A stretch of 64,000 nucleotides of DNA, taken from assembly GCA_041663425.1 (NCBI GenBank), contig JBAYMS010000003.1:1959-65958 (forward strand), in the 5' to 3' direction. Shown piece by piece: positions 7,578 to 19,500 of the stretch. This DNA is from Candidatus Omnitrophota bacterium. GTDB taxonomy: Bacteria; Omnitrophota; Gorgyraeia; 2-01-FULL-45-10. Position numbers and translations under genes: made by a program. Positions within the stretch are counted from its first letter, which is position 1, and every line of letters starts with the position of its first letter. The notes under the pieces are model-generated. The model saw nothing but the letters and a program-made list of their open reading frames with translations, had not been told where the DNA came from and did no database searches.

Positions 7578-10500
7578 TTATGCCGCGCTGCTGAGCAGCA
7601 GCACCGCGTTTCTATAACTCGATATCTCCTTTTCGATGCCTATTGGCAGTATCGGCCTAAATTTGAACCTACCGCTCATCTTCAGGTCGTCTATTACGCC
7701 AGGAGGTAGTTCTTTTTCGCCACTCACTACCAAGCTGACCAGTGTGGCATAAGAGTGTATAGCGGCAAGCACCTTAGTGCCGTTTATATCTATCTCGTCC
7801 AGTTCCAGGAATTTTTCTTCGCCTGGTTTTTCGTTTTCTTTGAGCAGCTCACCCCTGGCAGCACGGACACCTATATACTTACGCTCTGTATTCATCTGCT
7901 TCGCTATGCCGCCCATCATGTCATCGTATGAAGCATAGTCATGCTTATTGATGAACCTGACCCTGCCTACGTCCTTGATAGAGCCGCTTGAATTCAATAT
8001 AGCAAAAGCCTCTGTCTCTGTCTTGACTTCGTCTCCGCCGATAATATAGGTAGTAATGCCCTGTTCAGCGGCTTCGTTGATATTGTCTACTGTGTAAGGA
8101 TCTGACAAGTTGGATTTTTCACTTGTAACTATAACCACAGGGCGATCTTCAGACAGCATGTCCTTAACGCGCGGCACGCTCTTATAATATGCAGCCTGCA
8201 CCTTTTCATCAGATTTTCGTTCTGCTATAAGCCGGCGCAGCTTAGCAAGCCTCTCCTGTCTTTCAAGCATCTCGGTCCTATTCGGCCTGGCGCTAAGATA
8301 GTTGAGTATCGCCTGTTCGAGATCAACTTTTCCAAGGTCAGGGAGAAGGGCTTTAATAGTTGCGTCTATTTCATTTCGTATGGCATCATCTATAGAGGTC
8401 ATCCTGAGTATAATTCCGTAATCATTGGCCAGTTTCATCGTAGCGGCTTCCCTGACAATCCTTTCATTTTCCTCCGGACTAAAACCTATCGTCTCGTCAA
8501 TATATATGCCTGCCTGGTTATTTTTTAATTCCAATTCTTTAGGCAAATCAACCCTTCGGACTTCTATATTGAGCCCGGAGCGTCTGAAAGATTCTCTCAG
8601 CCCTTCTTCCTGCTCAGGCGTGACTGATTTCGGCACACCAATAACCAGCCCTGCGGCAGGCCTTTCTTTCAGAGCCTGGACTTCGCCTATCAATCCATTA
8701 ATAGCATACCTGTCATCTGATTCATTTATATACCGATTAAATATCTCCGCCAGGATCTTCACCCTATCGCCCTTTGAAGCAATAAGCGGCGTTTTCGCCG
8801 ATCGCTCTCTATTATGCGATGCTTCAATATCTAAGCGGAAATTAAGCATCTCTCCCAATATGATCGCTAATGCAACAACATCATCCTGAGGCATGGCGGC
8901 ACGCCCTTCTCTCTGCCTTTTTACACTTATATAGTTGTTACGCAGAATACTTTTACGATAACTGTCAGCGGCTACTTCGTCGGTTATCGGAGACACAGAA
9001 TCGTTATCGATGAAAACAACCCGGTCCGCACCATGCAAGCTTTCGCCCGGAGAAATCACTATACCCGCGGGATTTATGTCACCCGCTACACAGCCATTAT
9101 CAAAATAGGTCTTCTTATATGCATCTAATACCGCCAGAGCCAGATCAATGAATTTATCGTCGTTACCTTCCTCCTGATGTAAAACAAAATTTTTAGATAC
9201 GTAATTCCACAGACTTTCCCCTTTTACGTATTCAGTGATAAGAGCGTCTCCGTAAAACTCGCCCTCCAACGTCGTCCCCCTGACGTCAAGCAGCCCAACA
9301 AGGTTAGGTATAGATGAGTTTATATTATTGCGGTTTATCTTATTGGCAAGAATCTCCGCCTGCCGCCTTATAATAAAATCTGAATTCTTCGAATCCAGCG
9401 CGGCCTTTACTACATAATCATGCCCGTTTTCCAGGACAACACCGTTAGCAAGTTTTTGCTCAGGCCCTTCATATCTGAAACGCATCGCACCCCATTGTTT
9501 AACAAGCCTGTTTGCCATAGAAAGCTTTTCCTGGAATTTGAAATGCTCGTTAAAAAATCCATGGTCTAATTGAACTATCGGCGAAACCGCACCGGACGGC
9601 CTGCCGGAATATGCAGCGCCTAGCACAGCCACACCATAAAGTGAAATGAAATTTATCAGATGCGGCAAAATAACAATATCTTTTGGTATAGGTATTACAA
9701 AATAAGCCAGCAGAATGCCTATAACAGTTATGGATAATATAACCGGAAGAGCAGCGGATCCCGCTCTAGAGTATCCTCCATGATCGCCTTGTCTCAGACT
9801 ATCTTTTGCGCCCGATATTATCTTCCTTATGATCTCTGATATCTGACCGCTCGTTATATGAAACACAGAGACCATCTCTTTAGGCGTCTGACCCTGCGCA
9901 GCACGCTCAAATATCTCCCTGTTCCTGGGGCTTATTTTTAATTCGTCAAAAATTTGCTGCAATCTGACCTTTCGATTAACGAATTCTGCTTCGCGCACAG
10001 CTTCGTCGCCTGGCCTGTCCTCAAGGTGTTCCATGTCTATAATATTAGAACTGACTGATTCTCTGGCGATCCTTCTCCTCTCAGTCACATTATGATTTCT
10101 CATTTCGGTATGTATGATTTTTGCCGCCCATGTGGAACGCTGGAATCCCAGTTCGGGTTTAAATGTAATCGCAGCCTTCCAGAGCCCTCCGATAGAGTTG
10201 TTGCTGTTTCCATGAAGCCCGGCGGAGACCAATTTATCCTCACTAAGATATGGGTATTTCTTTTTATAGTATTGCGCTATTTGCCTGACCAGATATTCAT
10301 TATCCCTGATAAAGTCACTTATCCCTTCCTCGTTTCCTGACTGGAAAGAATGGTCTCGCGCAGCACGTATCATCATGAGCGCACCGAGGCCTATTGCACT
10401 ATTTGCAAAATATGGCGCCGCGGCGGTAAAATATCCCGAGGCGAAATAGATGTAATCACTTAAGAACTGCGCGAAACCAAATTGAGCGATAGCGGCAAGA

Positions 10501-13500
10501 TATGGCATGCTAACAAATACTAGTCCTGTGAGAAGAGCAAGCGCTATAACCATAGCCGTAGAGACAAACCCGGCACGGTTCGCTTCAGATAACGCAGTGA
10601 CGGCGAACTCGTAACCGCGGGAGGCGGAGTCACGTAATCCATTCATAGCAGAGTTTCTCAAGTCCTGATCGATGGCGCTGTTTTTAATAATAGATAATAA
10701 TGCGGTGACGGCGGGTGCGTGGCCGCGGGAGGCGGAGTCAGACAATATATCTATAGTAAATCTTCTTGAGTCCTGATCAATGACACTGTTTTCAACAATA
10801 GATAATAATGTAGGTGTAAGATCATTAAGTGCGGTGACGGCGGGTGCGTGGCCGCGGGAGGCGGAGTCAGACAATCCACCTATAGCGCCGATTCTTAAGC
10901 GCCAACCGATGGCACTGTTTTCAACAATAGATAATAATGTAGGTGTAAGATCATTAAGTGCGGTGACGGCGGGTGCGTGGCCGCGGGAGGCGGAATTCCA
11001 CAATATGCTTATAGCAAATTTTCTCAAGTCCTGATCGATGGCGCTGTTTTCAACAATAGACGACAACGCAGCGATGGCGGGCACGTAACCGCGGGAGGCG
11101 GAGTCATGCAATCCATTCATAGCAGAGTTTCTCAAGTCCTGATCGATGGCGCTGTTTTTAATAATAGATAATAACGTAGGTGTAAGATTATTAAGTGCTG
11201 TGACGGCGAGTTCTTGACCGCGGGAGGCGGAGTCATGTAATGCATTCATAGCAGAGATCCTTAAGCCCGGATCGATAGTATTATTTTCAACAATAGACAC
11301 ACCATCTATCGCAATATTCTTTAGTTCTTTCGCTGGCTTATCATCCAAACCAATCCTCATCTTATCTATAAACTCATCGTTCCATCCCTGTTTTTTAATA
11401 TGCTCATCGTACGACAATCCTAAACCTTGCCCACGATAAAATTTCTCTACTGCCTCATCCTGTTCGTCAGCCATATCCGCCGGAAGAGGAGGAGTATTTC
11501 CGGTGTCAGAAAAAAGCTGCAGGAACGCTATAATGCCTTCCGGGTTGTTCCCAAAAAGATGGTTTATATGTCTGCGCAGCAGCACAGAATGATCCGGCGT
11601 GTATATAGCATGTTGATATAAAGGAAGCCCCGTATGAATAATGTTGAACTCCTGCGGCCGCGTCAAGGCATTATGCACTATAGCCATAGCTACTGCTATA
11701 GTAAGCTGCATTCTCCCAAAATATTCATCTTGTCCCAATTTTATGGGGGCAGGCGCAAAAGTATTCAGGGCCACATTATGTGTTCTTCCATATTTAGTAT
11801 CAAAGTAGAACGGGGTTTCATTTTTTTCCGTATAGCTTGAACCTAAAAGCGCTATTTCATCAAAAGTAAGTATGCTATGGCTGTATGCAAATTTACTCCA
11901 GCAATACTCCATAGATTTACCTATAAAAGTCAGCGCCTTAAGTGAATCATCGCTAAATTTCTTTTTCGAACCGACGTGTATGTGCAAACCCTGCGATAGC
12001 ATCAATCCGTTACGATTACGATCGACATATTCCATTATTTTCCTGAGACCTGAATTTAACCTGTCGAACCCTTCTCTGTTGTTTGGTAACCCACCCTCAC
12101 CCGTAGTTACTTCTATATTAGCCCCGTCTCTTTTGATTACCCAGCCCTGATCTTTTAAACCTTCCTCGGTAGCAAATCGATCTAGCCCATCATAAAGAAC
12201 ATTCGTTGCCGCAATGTTCTTGTCATTTATATTATTACTGTTAAGAAGAGCCATTTCGATCTCTATGCCGAATGTCATATCTTTAGGCATGTTCGGCACG
12301 CCGTCTTTGTGATATCGATCAAGTCGTTTTACTATATTAAGGTAAACCACATACCACTCTTCCGAGAGAGAAGCAAGATCCAGTGCTACGATATTTATTA
12401 TGCGCCTCGAGAATTCATCATCCTGAGTCTTAAATGCATCTATAGAACCAAGGATCATCTCAAGCTCTTTTATGTCATATTTAAAAGAAACGTTAACTTT
12501 AATTAAAAGACGGTATGCCTTACTATGCGCTTCTTTATTCCCGGATTTAGTTAAAATAAGCAATGCTGCTTTTTTCAGAGCTTTCTCATCGTCCACACTT
12601 AAAACTATGCCCGTTTCATCTATAAAGAAAATATTATCAAGATGCGCTTTAAGCTCTCCCTTCTCCTCAAGGGCAATAACATCGGTTACGCTGGTTATAT
12701 TGCGAAGGGCTGATAAGGATACCTGACAATCTCTTTTTATTTCATCAAGCTTTTTCTGTTTCGTAGGAGTTAAAACGATAACCGTTTTATCCGGTAAGAG
12801 CAAATTATTTTTCATCACATATTCAGGTTTATAAATTTTATCTAGAGCGGGTGTTTTTGTAGCTACCATCGTGAGCACGCCGATGCCAATCCCGTTATTC
12901 GCAAGATACGGTAAGACGGAGAAAATATCATTCGAGGCAAAATAGATGTAATCGCTTAAGAACTGCGCGAAACCTAATTGAGCTATCGGTATTATGAAAT
13001 ATGCAATAAATAGGCCGGCAACAATAGAGGCCGTTAAAACAGGTATTAGCGTAAACCCTTTTTGATCAGATGGAGGAGTTTCGGGCGTTGCCTGGCCGGC
13101 AATATCTTCAACTTTCTTCAGGCGCTTGTCAAACGAATCAAACTGTTCCGTTAAAACTTTAAGCCTTTCGCCCATATCCGTAACAGCATTCTGCAAGGTA
13201 ACCAGCAAAGTAGGTTTTGCAGCATTTTCCGCATCCAGCATGGCACGTATACGCTTAAGGCTCGTGCCCAACATGCCCATTTCCCATCCTTTACCTGTTG
13301 CCGGAAATTCTAGTAATGGCTGCAGCAGTTTATAAAGCTCGTCGGAGACTGCAAGGCTCACCGGTGCCTTGACCCTATGGTCAGGATGAATAGAAAGCAT
13401 AATAGTCCGGTGCCATTTTTTATATTCTTCATTATCCAATACCTGCCCTGACACTATTTCCATTATCAGTTTTTTAGCGCCTTCGATATCGCCGTCAAGG

Positions 13501-16500
13501 ATAAGGACTGTATTTTTATCCAGGTTAAAACTGCGGAGCCGCTCGATAAAATCTTCAAATAATGGTGACGAAGAAACCTTTTTAATCGAAACGGCCGATG
13601 CATCTTTTGCCGCCACTACCTTCTGCCCTTCTACAGGTGCCCTCTCTACTGATTTGGGCTTTGGAGCTACTTCTTCCGCGGGCTTAAATACCACTTCCTC
13701 GCGAGGTGCTTCTTCAGAAATAACGCCCTCGTCCCTAGTCTCAGTTTCAGAAGCTGTGCCTGCCCTTCGCTGCGCATCCATTTCAGCGAACTCCCTCCGA
13801 GCTATTTCCTGCGCTGCAGCGTCTTTAGCCTTATCCTCGCTATCCTGCCTGATCCGCTCTCTTCTCTCAGCTGCTGCTCTGGCAGCACGCTCCGTCTTTG
13901 CCTGGTCCGATATATCCTCGCCCTGTGAAATTTCCTGCTCTACGCCCACCCAATACCTTCCGATAACTCCAAATAAAGCCAGGCCTCTTTCTTCCGCTAT
14001 GTTGTTAAGGTTGGACATTACTAAACGGCTTTCGGGCTTCGCAGAGTCCCCATAAAGCGCCTTAAGAATTACCGTAAATAATATGACGACCTTCAATTCT
14101 TCAGCTGCAAAAACATCAAGTCCAGCCTCTTTGGCCAATCTGCTTATATTTAATTTTTCGCGCGCGATCAATTTGTTGAATTCCTTGAGCACTTCGGGCA
14201 TTATTAAAATAGAATGCATAAATAAGAGCCACTCGGAAAGCTCACTCATACCGCTTTCAGTCTTTTTATCTCTTCGGGCATATGAAATCTTTGTATTCTT
14301 TTTTATACGTTCCGCATTATTGCGTATCTTGTCTTTAAGATCTTTAAGCGACTTTGATTTTTTTATGTTTTCGATAAGCTCTTCTTTGAGTAACGTCGCC
14401 CCTACAACATAACCCTGATCGGATGAAAGGCGCGTCATATATTCTTCCTGGATGGCACGATCGGATTGACCGGCAGCTTTTGCTCCTGCAGGGCCCTGTA
14501 ATAAAAGCGGCCTCTGCTTCATGCTTTCGGTAAGCAGAGCGGCAAAACCTCCGCCTCCTTCAGCTTGAGACGCAGGGCCTGTAAGCAACGCCGCCGTGGC
14601 CTGCCCAAGCGCGGATTGCGCATTGCTAGGACTTGCACTCCTCAACTCTGATGCTGTAATGGCCGATACGTCAAGCGTCTTAAGTGTTTCAATAAATGCG
14701 CGCCTGGCCACAGAGCCATCGATCCTATCAGTAACATTATCGGTGTCGATCCCTGCACTATTATAGATAAGCTGAACTTTCTTTGCCCCATATCCGCTAT
14801 CGCCTGGTCCGGAAGAATTCAGATAAGACGCCATGACTTCGGACAAAGTTCTGCCGGCATTTATCGAAAGGATATTTCTGGCAGTTTCCGCATCTATCCC
14901 TTTGTCTGCGTATTGGACCGACTGGCTATAGCACACAACTGCATAAGCACTCAGAAGCCTTTCAAGCAGCCTTGCTATGCTATTTCTGTCTACACCATCC
15001 AGAGTATTCGCAAGGTCATCTCTATATAAAGTCCACGAAGATGACATATCCCCACCGTGTTCAGTGCCGTATGTTAATAGCGCCTTTATAAGTTTATGAT
15101 CTTCTTTGGAGGGTTTTTTAATTTCAGGTTTATGGTCAGTAGCTGCAATGGCAGGTTTTTCAACGGGTCCGATAGCTTCGCCCGCGACCTCTTCTGCTTC
15201 TTCCGCCGTTATGGCAAGTGTCGTCCTGGCGATGATCTCTCCGGCTATTTTTTTGGCTTGCGGAATCAGCGCTTTAGCTTTCTGCGGATCAGTCTCACTC
15301 TTCTGAACCATCTGGAGCATTCCGGCCCTTATCAATAAACGCGTAATCTGCCTGGAATCTGCGCTGCGGGCAGAGGCAGGTAAAAGTATCCTTGAGCCTG
15401 AAGTATAAAAATTATTATCTTCGGCGAAACCGATAGAGGCCCCGGACACAGAATTTTTAATATCGGACACATATTTATAATAAGAACTTTTAGTATTAAA
15501 CCGCCTCATCGCTTCTTCGAATATCTTTTTCGCCGCAGCAATTTTTTCTTCATCGCTGCTACCACTACCCAAAATCACAGATGCAACCGCACCGAATCCG
15601 CCGATAAAAATCACTTTGGCCATAACAGGCGATATAAAATAAGCAGCTCCAGCAAGAACGGTTATAAGAATAAGCCCAATAACTCCCCTTCCTCTGAAAA
15701 GAGCCCTATGTTTTTTATTCAAGTCCTCGGCGGCTATACGGCAAGCTTTTATAATAGCACCGCACTCTTTCGCTTCCGCCATAACCAATGCCTTTTCATC
15801 GGGGTCGCCTATCCTGGAGATTAAAGCCTTCACCCTACCCCTGTCACCGAATAAAATCTCCATATCGGCCAGGCTGTCTAAAAGGCTTAATGTCTGCGGT
15901 ATGTGCTGGAAGGTGTCAAAAAACTTCAAATAATCGGAAGCAGAATCTTTAAAACTGCCTATAGCATCTTTTAGTAATTCTACATTTACGCTTTCACCTT
16001 CTTTTACGCTGCGCTCAACATTTTTAACGTCATCCATTCCTTCTCTATAGCAACCTATTGCCTTATCAAGAATTTCCATTTCTTTGAAAGACGGCCTTTC
16101 TGAGAAATATTTTTCCGATTTAGCCTCCGTGCCAGGGTAGGTCTTTCCGAATATCCAACCGCGAACAAGTTCTACTAATTTTGACAACATCCCGCTTCTT
16201 AAATAAGTCATACCTACGGCAGCCACACCGAAAGAAGCAAACAAACTGCTTCCGACAAGCCATGAAGGCAATGCACCGGAGGCAAAATAAAGATAGCTAT
16301 GCAGAAATTCCGAAGGGCCTATTATCGATATTCCAAAAAATACTGATATGGTAAGCGCTGTAATAAGACCAACCATCGCGAGAGCTGCTGACACTTCAAT
16401 CGTTGTAAAACCTGAGCGTTTATTATGGGTCTCGATCTTATTTACAAATTTTGCTTTAAGCATAATTTCATCGAATTCCTTCAATCTGGACAAGCACAAG

Positions 16501-19500
16501 TCTCTCCAGTCCTTATCCTTAAGATCAGCGATAAGCTCTTCTATTTCGGCATACTTATTACTCCTGAGAGGCAGCATCATATTGATAAAGTGAGACCCAA
16601 GAGAAATTCGTCCTTCTCTGAGTCTTTTTAAAATCCCAATAAATTTTGAAAAATCTACTATAGCCTCAGATAAAATTGCCGGATCCGGATGTTGCGCGTT
16701 TTTAAAGCCTTCCAGGCAAAGCACGCCTTCCTGATAATATTCATTAGCCTCGTCCTTAAGCTTTGCGGCCTCTTCATCAGATAAAGCCTTGCCGCGCCGC
16801 AGCACCATAGACACAACTTGAAAAATCAAAGCAACCCCTAAGATAGCGATAATAGCCACTGCTACTACCGGGACAAAATAACACGCAGCTAAAAATATTA
16901 TGCCAAATATACCTATGGTCTTAGCAGTCCTTAAATCCCCTCCTTCTTCACCATCATCCATATTGTCTTTGCCAAAATATATCAGACCGGCAACGCCCAT
17001 AATAGGAATGCCGGCCTTATCCGGAGAAGCAAAAAATTTCATCGCCTTATTTATAAGATCCTGAACCTGTGGCCAATTAAAGAATGCATAAACTGCACCC
17101 AGGCCGATGGCTGTAATGAGGACACTGCGCAGCATATGCGTCTTTGCTTTGTCGTGCCGGACCACCGGTGCCGAACGTGAGAATAAGGATAGGAAGGCTA
17201 TCGCATCGGTTAAAATGAACACTGCGAGCACCAATGCCAAGCTGGTACCAGGATTTTGTTTAAAAAACTCAATACCTGCATTTATAGCATCATTTACTCC
17301 TTTAGCAAATGGACTCCCGGCTGCGGCAAGTAACAACATCGGTGCGTGGAGCTGACGAGGCGCTGCGGCTTTGTCTGATAAAAATTTCTCACGCTGGACT
17401 AACGTGGATTCCCACATACTAACTGATTCGGCCTGCTTTACATTTTTCTCCGATTTCAGATAATCCATATTAGCTATATGATGAATATTTGTGGTAAGCA
17501 CAAATTCTAGAAGATTCAGTAAAATCGCGATAATACCAAAGGGCGTATTGATCAAGGCAGGATTGGCCAGGATTTCTGAAAAATCAAAAGGCGCTACGGC
17601 CAGCGAGGCCAGAACATTAAAAGCAAATATCTTGAATACTGATTTCGTCGGGGGCGCTCTTATGCCTCCGACTTCGATAGAATGCGCTGCGTAGAATATA
17701 GCCCAAGAAACAAATATCGCTCCTATAGCACCGCCGAAGTAATTCATCAATGTAAATGCCTGCGTAAGCGCAAAGAACCCGAGCTGTTCCCAGAAAGCCT
17801 GATAGTGCTCAGTAAGCCCCAGCCATTTAAGCGGCGTCTTCTCCGCAGACCTTAAGAATGCCCGCACCATAGGTATCATCCCCGCGGCAGGAGTTTTATT
17901 ATTTAAAATATTCGCAAGTCTTTCCGTTTCGGCCGTTACCTCTGATATCCTCTTTTCAGTGCCTTCCGGCAGGCCGGAATATTTCATAAAGAAACCCGAA
18001 ATATCTTTTTGCAGCTGCCCGGGCTCTTTTTCTCTTTCGATTTTACGATGTGATAAAATTTTCTCTACGGCCATCATAGCACCGCAGGCCAAACCGAAAG
18101 CAAAACAGAGGGCAACAGCTCCTCCGCCGAAGGCAAAAAGGCTTCCTAAAGCAATGGTGATATAATCATATTCCCAATGCATCGCTACTATCGCGACAAA
18201 TGTCCCCACACCTGCAATAGCCCCGGCTGTCCCGGCAATAGATATGAGGATCTTTTCTTTGAAATCGAAGAAAGGCTCGTTAATAAATGCAGGACCTGCG
18301 ACAGGCGCTTTTAAACTATCTATTTTTTCACTATTTTCGATAGCCGTATTATAAAGTTTAAGGCTTCTGTAAAGATGAGTGAGTATTTTTGCCCTGTCTT
18401 TATTTAAAGTGAATACCGGATCGCCTGTATTGCTGTCACGCCCCGACCTGTAGAAAGGCCAGTCCTGGTCCCTGAATGGCCTTCCGGCCGGATCAAATTC
18501 AGAGTTGAACAAACTTACTTCCGGAAGCAGCATCTTTCTGTCATGGCTGTATCCGACAAAAACCCTGACATTTATATCAACGTTATTTTTTCTGCCAAAA
18601 TACTCAAGGACTGATTTAACATATAAAATAGTTTTACCGGTAGCGGCCATATCCATCAAAAGAATATCCTTATGGTCAGTTATACCGCTGCGCCTCATCT
18701 GTTCAAATAGCAGCTCCGCCTCTTTTGCGAGAGCAGGATCGCTATTCCACTGTTTTATCATTTCATCTTTAAAATAAGCACTGATCTCATTAACTAATTC
18801 CGGGTGATAGCTGGCATAAAAAGCATCCGTCTTCTTTGAAGGCATCCTGCCGCCGCGGCCTATTACCGCATTGCTTAGCTTTTGTATAGAATGCGCTTTC
18901 GCTTTTTCGGTAGCACGCTGCACCATTTCAATACCGCTATCAGGCACATAATCACTGACAATAGCATTATTATTCATACCCGGCTGATACACCAAAGCGC
19001 CTGCGGCGGAATAACCGTTCGCCATACCGTAGTATTTCATAAATTCAGCGGCAGTTATAGCGTCACGGGCGAGGAAAACCGGAAATTCACCATGCTTAAT
19101 ATCAGCGGCATTGAAAAACGAAGGCAGATTTGATATAAGCCTGTCCAGGTGTGTCATATCCATATATAAAGACTGGCGGTGATATATAAGCTGGTAGCGG
19201 AAATATTCTATGGGATCCAGCATATTATATTTTCTGGATATATCACTTACCGGCACACCGCTTTCTATAAGTTTATTGTTGGCTTTTTCCAGGATAGCGA
19301 ATATCTCTTCGTCAGTGAAAGCCCTTGGCTTGTTATTATTATCACGCGGCATCTGGTCTTTAGGTAATGCCCATATGATATTATTGAGATCTTCCAATGT
19401 AAAAGTTTTATGTCTGGCGAATGCGGCTATCTTAGCGGCTATTTTTTCGTATAGGATAGATGCCACGGCAGACGGCTCAACACCATCAGATGCAGACGCA

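Noticed and set aside
10590-11290. Regularly spaced direct repeats that could be mistaken for a CRISPR array
   Set aside because: The repeats are about 100-135 bp, are contiguous with no unique spacers, are in-frame, and encode a protein HEAT-like repeat. This is not CRISPR.
15590-18260. Second CPBP-like motif pair (FYAAH ... HHIAN) in the large TM region of gene A
   Set aside because: Motifs 2 and 3 are present, but no convincing EExxxR motif 1 lies upstream (only EHYQAFWEQ). This is too weak to call.
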